Assembly: GCA_965200095.1 (NCBI GenBank)
Contig: OZ241350.1
Span: 3,100,159 to 3,164,158, forward strand
Length of the DNA stretch: 64,000 bases
Source: Alphaproteobacteria bacterium
GTDB lineage: Bacteria; Pseudomonadota; Alphaproteobacteria; UBA7887
Direction: 5' to 3'
The number at the start of each line of letters is the position of its first letter. The first letter of the stretch is position 1. Shown one piece after another: positions 9,503 through 18,944 of this stretch. The position numbers were made by a program, and so were the translations under genes. The notes under the pieces are model-generated. The model saw only the letters and a list, made by a program, of their open reading frames with translations. It was not told the origin of the DNA and made no database searches.

Positions 9503-12500
9503 CTACCCGGCGGCGGCGAGTTCGACCGACACCAGCTGCGACACGCCGCGCTCGCCCATCGTCACGCCGTAGAGACGCTGCATCCGCGCCATCGTGTGGC
9601 GGTGGTGGGTGACCACCAGGAAACGGGTTCGTGTCTCGGCGGCGATGTCGTCGAGCAAATCGCAGAAGCGTTCGACGTTGGCGTCGTCGAGGGGCGCGTC
9701 GACCTCGTCGAGGACGCAGAGCGGCGCCGGACGGGTGCGGAACACGGCGAACAGCAGCGCCAGCGCCGCGAGCGCCTTTTCCCCGCCCGACAGCAGAGAC
9801 AATGTTTGCGGGCGCTTGCCCGGCGGGCTGGCGACGATCTCCAGGCCGGCCTCGAGGGGGTCGTCCGCGCCGACGAGGGACAGATGCGCGCGGCCGCCGT
9901 CGAACAGGCGCGCGAAAAGCTCGCGGAAATGGCCGTCCACTTCTTCGAACGCCGCCGTCAGCCGCGCCCGGCCCTCGCGGTTGAGAGAGCCGATGGCGTC
10001 GCGCAGGCGGGCGACGGCGGCAACCAGGTCGTCGCGCTCGCGGCGCATGGCGCCGATGCGCTCGTCGAGTTCCGCCGCCTCGAGTTCGGCGCGCAAATTG
10101 ACCGCCCCCATGCGGTCCCGTTCGCGGCGCAGGGCGTCGGCGCGGCGTTCGAGGGTCCCGGCGTCGTCGAGCTCCTCCACGCCGCCGGCGCCGGCGATGC
10201 GGAAAGCGTCGGCGGGACCGCAATCGAATTTGTCCGCGATCCGCTCGGCCTCGAGTTCGACGCGGGCGCCGGCCGCCTCGCGCGCCCCCTCGGCGCGGAC
10301 TTTCTCCTCGCGGCTTCGCGCCAGCGCGCGGTTGGCGTCTGCGAGCGCGCGGTCCGCCCCGGCAAGGCGGGTTTCTGCCGCCGCGAGAAACTCTCCGGCG
10401 CTGCGCTGCGCGGCTTCGGCGGCGCGGAGGTCGTCGTCGAGCGCGGCGCCGCGTCGTTCGAGGCGCGCCGGCCGGGCGCGCAAGTCCCGAAGGCGCCGCT
10501 CGGTTTCGGCGCGACGGTCGGCGAGGGTTCGAAGGCGTTCGGCGGCGCCGGCGCGGCGCCGGCGCCAGTCGGCGGAATCGGCGTCCAGCGCCGCGAGCCG
10601 CGCCGCGCGGGCCTCGGCGGCGCGCGCGAGGGCGGCGTGGCGGCGCAGCAATATGTCGAGGTCGTTGCGCGCCGTCCGGTTCGCATAACGACGGGCGGCG
10701 ACGGCGGCGCGCAGCGCGCCCCGGTCGGGCAGGGCGGCGAGCGCGCGGGCGGTCTCTTCGCGTTCGGCGGCGGTTTCGCGCCGGTCGCGGTCGATGGCGG
10801 CGGCGGTTTCGCCGAGCGCCGCAAGTCGCGCCTGCCCGGCGGCGCGCCGGCCGGCGGCCGCGTCGCGGCGTTCGCGCGCGGCTTCGAGCGCCCTTGCGGC
10901 GCCGGCGGCGGCGCGGGCGCCGCGCGATTCGGCGCTGCGGGCGGTTTCCAGCGCGGCCAGCGCGGCCCCCAGGACGTCGGCGGCGCGAGCGGCGCCGGCC
11001 TCCGCCGCCTCGCGGCGCGCCGCGAGCGCGGCAGCCTCCGATTCGAGACGCGCCAGCCGGCGGCGTTGCGCAAGGCGCGCCGCCGCGCCGCCCCGGGCCT
11101 CGGCGGCGGCGACGAAACCGTCCCAGCGCCACAGGTCGCCCTCGCGGCTCACCAGGCGCTGACCTTGCGCCAGCGCCGCTTGCAGCGCGGGCCCGTCGGC
11201 GCGCGCCGCCAGCCCCACCTGGCGGAGCCGCGGCGCGAGCAGCGGCGGCGCCCGGACGACGTCCGCAAGGGGTTGCGCCCCTGCGGGCAAGGGAGGCGTC
11301 TCGGGGCGGTCATCGCCGGGTAGCGCGCGCCAGTGCGCCGCCGCGCCGGCGTCGTCGCTCGCCAGCAGATCGTCGCCGAGCGCCGCCGCTACGGCGAGGA
11401 CGAGCGGTCCGGGCACATCGAGACGGTCGAGCAGCGGCCGCCGCGAGCCGCCCGCGAGCAGCGTGGCGAGCGCGTCGCGTTCGGCGGCGGCGCGTTCGTG
11501 AGCCACCGCGGCGTCCCGCAGCGCTTCGCGTTCGGCGCGTTCGGCGGCGGCTGCGGCGTCGCGGCCGCGCGTGGCGGCGCGCACCGCCTTTCTGCGGGCT
11601 TTCAGGGCGTTCGCCCGCGCCTCTTCGCGCTCGCGCGCAGCGGCGTGCGCAGCTTCGGCCGCCGCGCCTTCGCCATCGTCGCGCAGCGCCGAGGCGACGG
11701 CGTCGCGTTCCTGTGCGACCGCGGCGGCGCGGCAATCGAGCGTCGCCATGCGCGCCTCGAGCGCCGCGGCGCGACGGACGGCGGACTCGCGCCGGGCGCC
11801 GGTTTCCGCCAGCGCCCCGGCGGCGGCAGCGAGTTCTCCCTCGATCCGTTCGACGCGCCGCCGCCCGGCGGCCAGCGCGAGTTCGGCGCGGGCGCGGCGG
11901 TCGCCCTCGGCCGCGCGCGCGGCGCGCAACCGCCGGGCTTCCCCGGCGAGACGGCCGTCCGCGGCTTCGGCTTCGGCGGCGAGCTCGCGCTCGCGGGCGG
12001 AGGCTGTCCCGGCGGCGTCGAGCCGGGCGCGCGCCGCTTCGGCGGCGTCCGCCAGACGGCGGAGTTCCTCGCTCACCTCGCGACGTTCGGTTTCGAGCCG
12101 CCGCGCCGCCGCGGCGGCCTCGGCTTCGGCGCCGCGCAGGGCCGGAACGGCGGCGGCCGCACGGCCTTGCGCCGCCGCGGCCTCCTCCGCGCCGCCGCTG
12201 CTCTCATTCACCGCGAGGGTTGCCCTTGCGAGCGCGGTTGCGGCGTCGCCGGCGGCGGTCTCGGCCTCGGCCCAACGGTGGCAATACAGCCCCGCCTCGG
12301 CGCGCCGCAGGCGCCGCCCCAGGGCGCGGTAGCGGGCGGCCTGGCGCGCCTGACGCCGGGTTTCCGCCAGATGGGCGTCCTCGGCGGCGATGATGTCGTC
12401 GAGGCGTTCGAGATTGGTTTCCGCGGCGCGGAGGCGGAGTTCGGCCTCGCGCCGGCGCCCGTGCAGCCCGGCGATGCCGGCGGCTTCCTCGATCAGGCGG

Positions 12501-13003
12501 CGCCTTTCGGTGGGTCTTGCGCCGATGAGCGCGCCGATTTCGCCCTGACTCACCAGCGCCGACGAACGCGCGCCGCCGGTCGCGTCGGCGAACGTCAGCT
12601 GCACGTCGCGCGCGCGGGTCTCGCGCCCGTTTATCCGGAACACGGAGCCGCCGCCGCGCTCCATGCGCCGCGCGATCTCGATCTCGCCTTCTGTCTCCAC
12701 CCCGGTTCCGCCGTCGCCGGCGCGACCGTCCGCGCCCTGCGGAGCGCCGACCAGCGCCAGACTGACTTCGACGAGGGCGCTCGGGGGGCGCCCGCCGGCG
12801 CCGGCGAAGATGACATCGTCCATTTCGTCGCCGCGGATGCGGCGGGCGGCGCTTTCGCCCATGGCCCAGCGCAGCGCGTCGACGAGGTTGGACTTGCCGC
12901 ACCCGTTGGGTCCGACAATGCCGGTCAGTCCCGGTTCGATACGGAGTTCGGTCGGCTCGACGAACGATTTGAAGCCGGCGATTCTCAGTCGGGCGAGGTG
13001 CAA
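9503..13003 (-). CDS. smc: Chromosome segregation SMC protein
   Basis: GFKSF, Walker A GPNGCGKSN, long coiled coils, LSGGE signature, Walker B VLDEVDAPLD; TTG start. Confidence 0.95.
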   Translation of the reverse strand: MHLARLRIAGFKSFVEPTELRIEPGLTGIVGPNGCGKSNLVDALRWAMGESAARRIRGDEMDDVIFAGAGGRPPSALVEVSLALVGAPQGADGRAGDGGTGVETEGEIEIARRMERGGGSVFRINGRETRARDVQLTFADATGGARSSALVSQGEIGALIGARPTERRRLIEEAAGIAGLHGRRREAELRLRAAETNLERLDDIIAAEDAHLAETRRQARQAARYRALGRRLRRAEAGLYCHRWAEAETAAGDAATALARATLAVNESSGGAEEAAAAQGRAAAAVPALRGAEAEAAAAARRLETERREVSEELRRLADAAEAARARLDAAGTASARERELAAEAEAADGRLAGEARRLRAARAAEGDRRARAELALAAGRRRVERIEGELAAAAGALAETGARRESAVRRAAALEARMATLDCRAAAVAQERDAVASALRDDGEGAAAEAAHAAAREREEARANALKARRKAVRAATRGRDAAAAAERAEREALRDAAVAHERAAAERDALATLLAGGSRRPLLDRLDVPGPLVLAVAAALGDDLLASDDAGAAAHWRALPGDDRPETPPLPAGAQPLADVVRAPPLLAPRLRQVGLAARADGPALQAALAQGQRLVSREGDLWRWDGFVAAAEARGGAAARLAQRRRLARLESEAAALAARREAAEAGAARAADVLGAALAALETARSAESRGARAAAGAARALEAARERRDAAAGRRAAGQARLAALGETAAAIDRDRRETAAEREETARALAALPDRGALRAAVAARRYANRTARNDLDILLRRHAALARAAEARAARLAALDADSADWRRRRAGAAERLRTLADRRAETERRLRDLRARPARLERRGAALDDDLRAAEAAQRSAGEFLAAAETRLAGADRALADANRALARSREEKVRAEGAREAAGARVELEAERIADKFDCGPADAFRIAGAGGVEELDDAGTLERRADALRRERDRMGAVNLRAELEAAELDERIGAMRRERDDLVAAVARLRDAIGSLNREGRARLTAAFEEVDGHFRELFARLFDGGRAHLSLVGADDPLEAGLEIVASPPGKRPQTLSLLSGGEKALAALALLFAVFRTRPAPLCVLDEVDAPLDDANVERFCDLLDDIAAETRTRFLVVTHHRHTMARMQRLYGVTMGERGVSQLVSVELAAAG

Positions 13004-13069
13004 CGCGCCCTCCGCGCCGGCGGTTTCCCGGCGGTCGCCCGCCGTCGGGGCGCGGGAGCCCGCGGGGCG

Positions 13070-13738
13070 CTACTCGGCGCGCGCCGCGACTGCGCGTTCG
13101 AGGTCGCGGTCCGTCGGCGGGTCGTCCAGCCGTTCGCCGTTGAGGACGAAACTCGGAGTGTGGTCGATATCGTATTCGGCGATGGCTTCGGCGCGCGAGC
13201 GCAGCAGGGCGTTCTGGAGGTCGACATCGCACAGACACTCGCCGACGCGACGCTCGCTCATGCCGCCCTTGCCGCCGAGTTCGGCGAGTTTCTCCCAGAT
13301 TTCCGGCCATTCGCTGCGCGGGCAGTCCGCCTCGAGAAAGGCGTTCCAGCTGTCGCCCGTCATGCCGAAAGCGGCGGTCGCCCATTCGCGCTGCGCGGCG
13401 AAGATCAGGTCGAGCCAGGCGAAATAGCGGTCGGGAGCGGCGCAGTGGGCCAGCGCGCCGCCGAACACCGCGGCGCCGTTGAGCGGAAAGTCGCGGAACT
13501 CGAGCTTCACCATGCCGGTGTCGATGAACGTCTCCTTGATCTCCGGCAGCCGCTGGCTGTGGAAGGCGGCGCAATGGGGGCAGCTCATGGACGCGAATTC
13601 GATCAGCGTGACCGGCGCATCGGGGTCGCCGAGGGTCTTGGGCGAGGCGTCGACGGCCGCGTCTTCGGCCAACGCAGACGACAGCGCGGCGATCAGACCG
13701 GACAGAAAGGCGGCGGCTGCGAAACTGCGACGAAGCAT
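13070..13738 (-). CDS. DsbA-family thiol-disulfide oxidoreductase
   Basis: Signal peptide, G...APVT.IEFASMSCPHCA.FH, RDFPL, HTP cis-Pro motif. Confidence 0.9.
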   Translation of the reverse strand: MLRRSFAAAAFLSGLIAALSSALAEDAAVDASPKTLGDPDAPVTLIEFASMSCPHCAAFHSQRLPEIKETFIDTGMVKLEFRDFPLNGAAVFGGALAHCAAPDRYFAWLDLIFAAQREWATAAFGMTGDSWNAFLEADCPRSEWPEIWEKLAELGGKGGMSERRVGECLCDVDLQNALLRSRAEAIAEYDIDHTPSFVLNGERLDDPPTDRDLERAVAARAE

Positions 13739-13756
13739 GGTGCGGTCCTCGGCGGG

Positions 13757-14344
13757 TTACGGTTCGTTCGACCACGGGCTCGAGTCGCCCGGAGGAATGG
13801 GAACGACGGGTTCGGCACTATCGCCCGCGCGCCCTTGCGGCACAAGCGCCGGGCGGTTCGCCGCGGCGACGCGGCGGCCGAGCCGCTCCAGCGCCTCTCG
13901 CAGCGCGCCGTCGGAAACCGTCGCCAGCGACGCCCGGGCGCCGGCGGGCGCGTCGCGCGCCGGCCCGGGTTCGCGCCGGGCGGCGGGCGGCGGCGGAAGC
14001 GGTTGCTGGCGACAGACGAGGCGCTTGACGGCTTCGTAGCCGGCAAAGACGGCGATCCGCTCCCGCAGCTGGGGCTCGACATGCTGCAACAGGAGCGCGG
14101 TCGGGCCGTCGGCGCGCAGCACCAGCGTGCCGTCCCGGCGCAATTTTTCGGGGGCGCAGCGGGCGGCGAAGTCGGGTCCGACGATCGCCGCCCACTCGGT
14201 CAGCAATTTCGCCTCGCGGAAACCGCGCGCGGCGAAAGCGCGGCCGCCGACGCGCGCCACGAGGCCGCCGATACGGCGGACTTTGCCGCGCGGCAGGGCC
14301 GGCGCCGCTTTCTCCCTGCGGTGTCGCGCGCCGCTGCGTCGCAT
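13757..14344 (-). CDS. DUF721/DciA-family protein (start approximate)
   Basis: GF....L...W..IVG...A....PEK.....L...GP.ALLLQH..P.L.ERI....GY..V; position between dsbA and mutY. Confidence 0.75.
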   Translation of the reverse strand: MRRSGARHRREKAAPALPRGKVRRIGGLVARVGGRAFAARGFREAKLLTEWAAIVGPDFAARCAPEKLRRDGTLVLRADGPTALLLQHVEPQLRERIAVFAGYEAVKRLVCRQQPLPPPPAARREPGPARDAPAGARASLATVSDGALREALERLGRRVAAANRPALVPQGRAGDSAEPVVPIPPGDSSPWSNEP

Positions 14345-14607
14345 CGTCCCTCCCCGCCAGCAATTCTCATTTGGCCCGTAGCGATGCGGCGGACCGGTCG
14401 CGGCCGCCCCTGGGAGCGCCGGCGTCTCGCCGGCATCTGTGTCGTCGCACGCTTCGCGCGCATGCCGGCGAGACGCCGGCGCTCCCAGGGAGGGCGTGTC
14501 CATCGCCATAATGAGAACCGCTGCCTCCCCGCCGCCGTCCGCTTGTCCGTCGCTTCGGGCCGGCTACGCTGGGCGGGAGTCTACCGCCACGCGACCGGGG
14601 CGCGCCA

Positions 14608-15687
14608 ATGTCGGAGCACGGGGCCGGCGAGAACGCCGCGGCGGCGCTGCTCGCATGGTTCGACCGCCACCGCCGCGACCTGCCGTGGCGCGCCGCGCCG
14701 GGCGTGCGACCGGACCCTTACGCCGTCTGGCTCAGCGAAACGATGCTGCAACAGACCACGACAACGACCGTCGCGCGCTATTTCGGGCGCTTCCTCGCCG
14801 CATGGCCGACGGTAGAGGCGCTTGCGGACGCCGATCTCGACGCGGTCATGCGCGCCTGGTCGGGCCTCGGCTACTACGCCCGCGCGCGCAACCTTCACGC
14901 TTGCGCGCGGGAAGTGGCGCGCGCGCATGGCGGGCGGTTCCCGCCGGACGAGGCCGGCTTGCGCCGGTTGCCCGGCGTCGGCGCCTATACGGCGGCGGCG
15001 GTGTCGGCCATCGCCTTCGACCGGCCGGCGGCGGTGGTGGACGGCAATGTCGAACGGGTCATGGCGCGGCTTTTCGCGGTGGAGGCGCCCCTGCCCGGGG
15101 CGCGGGCCGAGTTGCGCGCCCGCGCCGCCGAACTGACGCCGCAGCGCCGCCCCGGCGACTATGCGCAGGCGGCGATGGACCTCGGCGCGACGGTCTGCAC
15201 GCCGCGCCGGCCGCATTGTCTCGATTGTCCGTGGCGGGAACGGTGCCGGGCGCGGGCCCGCGGAACCGCCGCCGAACTGCCGCGCCGGTCGCCGCGGCCG
15301 ATGCGGCCGCTGCGCCACGGCGTCGTTTTCTGGATCGTGCGCAACGACGGCGCGGCGCTGTTCGTGCGCCGCCCGCCGCACGGCCTGCTGGGGGGCACGG
15401 TGGGGCTGCCGACGACGGAGTGGGGCGACGCCCCGGTCGTCGATGCCGAACCGCCGGCGCCGGCGCGGCGGCTCCGCACCCTGCCCGGCGTCGTGACTCA
15501 TGGTTTCACCCATTTCCGCCTCGAATTGCGCGTCCGCGCCGGAGTTGCGCAGGGCCCCGCGCGTTCCGGCCTGTGGCTCGCTCCCGGGGAGATCGACGCG
15601 CAGGCGTTGTCGACACTGATGCGCAAGGCGGTCGCCCATGCGCGCGCCCGCGCCTCCGGGTCCGACGGCCACGAGCAACTGTCTTGA
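14608..15687 (+). CDS. mutY: A/G-specific adenine DNA glycosylase
   Basis: LPWR, MLQQT, GLGYYARARNL, LPGVG.YT, VDGNV.RV, C-x6-C-x2-C-x5-C Fe-S motif, HGFTHF. Confidence 0.95.
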   Translation: MSEHGAGENAAAALLAWFDRHRRDLPWRAAPGVRPDPYAVWLSETMLQQTTTTTVARYFGRFLAAWPTVEALADADLDAVMRAWSGLGYYARARNLHACAREVARAHGGRFPPDEAGLRRLPGVGAYTAAAVSAIAFDRPAAVVDGNVERVMARLFAVEAPLPGARAELRARAAELTPQRRPGDYAQAAMDLGATVCTPRRPHCLDCPWRERCRARARGTAAELPRRSPRPMRPLRHGVVFWIVRNDGAALFVRRPPHGLLGGTVGLPTTEWGDAPVVDAEPPAPARRLRTLPGVVTHGFTHFRLELRVRAGVAQGPARSGLWLAPGEIDAQALSTLMRKAVAHARARASGSDGHEQLS

Positions 15688-15765
15688 TTCGGCGACGGCG
15701 ACAGAGTATCGGGCGGCTTCGTGTTCCGTCGCGCGGCAACGGAAGATTCGGCGCGGACCCAGGTC

Positions 15766-17130
15766 ATGTCCCGTCCCCACATCACGGACGGCCCCGATTT
15801 CGCCCCGCCATTGTCGGTCGCCGTCGTCGGGGCCGGGCCGGCGGGGTTCTACGCCGCCGACGCCTTCCTGCGGCGGGGGGCGCCCTGTCGCATAGACATC
15901 ATCGACCGCTTGCCGACGCCGTTCGGACTGGTGCGGGCGGGCGTCGCGCCCGATCACCAGAGCACGAAGAACGTCACGCGGGCCTGGGAGCGCGTTCTGC
16001 AACGCGACGAGGTGCGCCTCATCGGCAATGTCGCGCTCGGCGAGACGGTGGGCTACGACGAGCTCCGGCGCCTCTACGACGCGGTGGTGCTGGCCTTCGG
16101 CGCGCCGATGTCGCGTCGGCTCGGCGTCCCCGGCGAAGGGCTCGAGGGGGTGTGCGACGCGGCATCGTTCGTCGCCTGGTATAACGCGGTTCCCGGCGCC
16201 GGAGACCTGTCGGCGCGGGTGCGGCGGGCGCGCGCCGCGGCGGTGGTGGGCAACGGAAACGTAGCGCTGGATATCGCGCGTCTGCTCGCCAAGACCGGCG
16301 ACGAGCTCGCCGAGGGCGACATCGACCCTGCGGCGGCGGCGGCGATGGCGGCGGCGCCGCTCCGGGACATCTACGTCATCGGGCGCCGCGGCCCCTTGCA
16401 GGCGAGTTTCACCGCGCCGGAACTCGCCGAATTCGCCGGTCTCGCGGAAGCCGGCGCGGTGGTCTCCGCAGACGACCTGCCGGAGAACGCCGACTCGGCG
16501 CCCGAGGAAGAGCGGACGAAGAAGCGGCGGAACCTGAAGATACTGCGCGGCTACGCCGACGCGGCGACGGCGCGCCCGGTGCGCGTGCGCTTCGTGTTCA
16601 ACGCCTCGCCGGCGGCGGTTCTCGGAAACGGGCGCATGAGCGCGGTGCGGCTGGAGCGCAACCGACTGGAGGCCGGCCGCGCTGTGGGAACGGGAGAGAC
16701 CCGCGAGATCGAGGCGCAGCTGCTGGTGACGGCGATCGGCTACCGCGTCGCCGATATCGCGCCGGGCCTTCCGCTGGACCCGCGCGGAACGGTGGCGAAC
16801 GCCGGGGGCCGGGTGGCGCCGGGGGTCTACGTCACGGGTTGGGCGCGGCGCGGACCGACGGGGGTGATCGGGACCAATCGCAACGACGCCCGCGGGGTGG
16901 TGGAGCGCATCTTCGCCGACGGCGTTGCCGCCGCCAAACCGGGTCCCGCGGGTCTCGATGCGCTGCTCGCGGCGCGCGGGGCCCGTTGCGTGGACTATTC
17001 GGGGTGGCGGCGCATCGACGCTGCGGAAGTCGCCGCCGCGCGCGCGGCGGGCGGCGCGGGGAAGCGCCCGCGGGTGAAGTTCACGCGCGTCTCCGACATG
17101 CTGGAGGCCGCCGGCGTGGCGGCGCGATGA
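15766..17130 (+). CDS. Ferredoxin--NADP+ reductase (FprA/adrenodoxin reductase type)
   Basis: GAGPAG, PFGLVR.GVAPDH, FV.WYN, GNGNVALD.AR, GW..RGP.GVIGTN. Confidence 0.9.
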   Translation: MSRPHITDGPDFAPPLSVAVVGAGPAGFYAADAFLRRGAPCRIDIIDRLPTPFGLVRAGVAPDHQSTKNVTRAWERVLQRDEVRLIGNVALGETVGYDELRRLYDAVVLAFGAPMSRRLGVPGEGLEGVCDAASFVAWYNAVPGAGDLSARVRRARAAAVVGNGNVALDIARLLAKTGDELAEGDIDPAAAAAMAAAPLRDIYVIGRRGPLQASFTAPELAEFAGLAEAGAVVSADDLPENADSAPEEERTKKRRNLKILRGYADAATARPVRVRFVFNASPAAVLGNGRMSAVRLERNRLEAGRAVGTGETREIEAQLLVTAIGYRVADIAPGLPLDPRGTVANAGGRVAPGVYVTGWARRGPTGVIGTNRNDARGVVERIFADGVAAAKPGPAGLDALLAARGARCVDYSGWRRIDAAEVAAARAAGGAGKRPRVKFTRVSDMLEAAGVAAR

Positions 17131-17816
17131 CGACAGGGCCGCGCTTCCCCGACCTCGGGATCGTCATACCCACCCTGGACGCGGGGGCCGTGCTGGGTCC
17201 CACATTGCAGGCCGTCGCCGGAGTCGCGGGGGACATCGTGGCGGTGGACGGGGGGTCCGCCGACGACACGCGCGAGCGGTTGCGGGCCGCCGGAGTCCGC
17301 ATCGCGACGGCGCCGCGCGGGCGCGGGACGCAACTCGCCGCCGGCGCGGCGGCGGTGCGCGGCGACTGGCTCCTGTTCCTGCACGCCGATTCGCGCCCGG
17401 GCCGCGGCTGGCTCGAGGCCGCGGCGGGGTTCATGCGCAGCCGCGACTCGCATCGGCGCGCGGCGGCGTTCCGTCTGGCGCTGGACCTGCCCGGGCGCGC
17501 GGCGCGGCGCCTGGAGCGCGCCGTGGCGTGGCGCTGCCGCGTCTTCGGACTGCCGTGGGGCGATCAGGGTCTGCTGATATCGCGCCGCCTCTATGACGAG
17601 ATCGGCGGTTACCGCCCCATGCCGCTGATGGAAGACGTGGATATGGCGCGGCGTCTGGGGCGGCGGCGGATCGTCATGCTGGACGCGGAGATGCTCACTT
17701 CGGGGCGGCGCTACCGGGGCGGCGTGGCGGCGCGCGGACTGTTCAATCTCGGCTGTCTGGGGCTGTATTTCCTCGGCGTCCCGCCGCGCGCGCTGGCGCG
17801 CCTCTACGCGCGGTGA
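17127..17816 (+). CDS. Family 2 glycosyltransferase, TIGR04283-like
   Basis: VIPTL, VDGGS.D, GRG.QL, FLHADS, GDQGL, PLMEDV, TSGRRY. Confidence 0.85.
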   Translation: MTTGPRFPDLGIVIPTLDAGAVLGPTLQAVAGVAGDIVAVDGGSADDTRERLRAAGVRIATAPRGRGTQLAAGAAAVRGDWLLFLHADSRPGRGWLEAAAGFMRSRDSHRRAAAFRLALDLPGRAARRLERAVAWRCRVFGLPWGDQGLLISRRLYDEIGGYRPMPLMEDVDMARRLGRRRIVMLDAEMLTSGRRYRGGVAARGLFNLGCLGLYFLGVPPRALARLYAR

Positions 17817-18469
17817 CGCCGCGTCGCCATCTGGTCGTCTTCGCGAAAGCGCCGCGGCGGGGCGCGGCGAAGACGCGGCTGGCGCGCGATATCGGCCGCG
17901 CGGCGGCGTGGCGGTTCGCCCGCGCTCTGGCGCGCGACCTGCCGCGGCGTCTCGACGGCGGCGGGCGCTGGCGGCTGCTGATTGCGGCGACGCCCGACCG
18001 TTTCGCGCGCGAGGGCCGTTTCTGGCCGCCGGGAGCGGCGCGCGTCCCGCAGGGTCGGGGCGACCTCGGCGCGCGCATGGCGCGGGTGTTGCGGCGCTTG
18101 CCGCCGGGCCCCGCCGTCGCGGTGGGGTCGGACATCCCGGAGATCGCGCCCCGCCATATCGCGGCGGCGTTCCGCGCGCTGGGCGCCCGCGACGCGGTGT
18201 TCGGCCCGTCCCCCGACGGCGGCTACTGGCTGATCGGGCTGCGCCGCCGGCCCTCGCCGTCGGCGTTTCGCGGCGTGGCGTGGTCGACGGAGCGCGCGCT
18301 GGCGGGAACCCTGGCGACGCTGCCCCGCAACGCGCGGGTCGGCTACCTGGAAGCGCTGGAGGATGTCGACGACGGCGAGTCCTGGCGTCGCTGGCGCGCC
18401 CGGTCGTCGTCCCCGCGCTCGCGCAGGCGCGGCATGAGTTCGACAAGGTTGCAGGGCCTGAGCCGGTAA
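17813..18469 (+). CDS. DUF2064/TIGR04282-like glycosyltransferase
   Basis: FAKAP..G.AKTRL, QG.GDLG.RM, GSDIP, GP..DGGYWLIG, WST, DVD. Confidence 0.85.
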   Translation: MTPRRHLVVFAKAPRRGAAKTRLARDIGRAAAWRFARALARDLPRRLDGGGRWRLLIAATPDRFAREGRFWPPGAARVPQGRGDLGARMARVLRRLPPGPAVAVGSDIPEIAPRHIAAAFRALGARDAVFGPSPDGGYWLIGLRRRPSPSAFRGVAWSTERALAGTLATLPRNARVGYLEALEDVDDGESWRRWRARSSSPRSRRRGMSSTRLQGLSR

Positions 18470-18942
18470 TCGAGCTGATGCGCGAGAATCCCGTCCCAGG
18501 CGTCCTTGCAGGCGCCGGGCGACCCCGGAACCGCGAAGAGATAGACGCCCCCGGCGACCCCGGCGGTGGCGCGCGACTGAAGGGTCGAGGTCCCGATCTT
18601 GTCGTATGAGATCATGCGGAACAGCTCGCCGAAACCGGGGATGGATTTGTCGTAAAGGCTCTCGAAGGCCTCCGGCGTGACGTCGCGCCCCGTGACGCCG
18701 GTGCCGCCGGTGGCGATGACGGCGTCGATTCCCGGGTCGGCGATCCATGTCTCGAGGCGCGCGGCGATCGCTTCGCGGTCGTCGCGGACGATCGCCCGCG
18801 CGGCGACGACATGCCCGGCGGCGGCAATGCGCGCCGCCAGCAGCGCGCCCGATTCGTCGTCCGCCTTGCCGCGCGTGTCGGAGACGGTCAGCACGGCGAT
18901 ATTGACGGCGAGGAACGGCCGGCGTTCGTCGAGGCCCGGCAC
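18343..18942 (-). CDS. moaB: Molybdenum cofactor biosynthesis protein B
   Basis: IAVLTVSDTR, TGGTG.TGRDVTPE, IPGFGELFR, QSRA, PGSPGAC, RPCNLVE. Confidence 0.92.
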   Translation of the reverse strand: MPGLDERRPFLAVNIAVLTVSDTRGKADDESGALLAARIAAAGHVVAARAIVRDDREAIAARLETWIADPGIDAVIATGGTGVTGRDVTPEAFESLYDKSIPGFGELFRMISYDKIGTSTLQSRATAGVAGGVYLFAVPGSPGACKDAWDGILAHQLDYRLRPCNLVELMPRLRERGDDDRARQRRQDSPSSTSSSASR

Positions 18943-18944
18943 GG

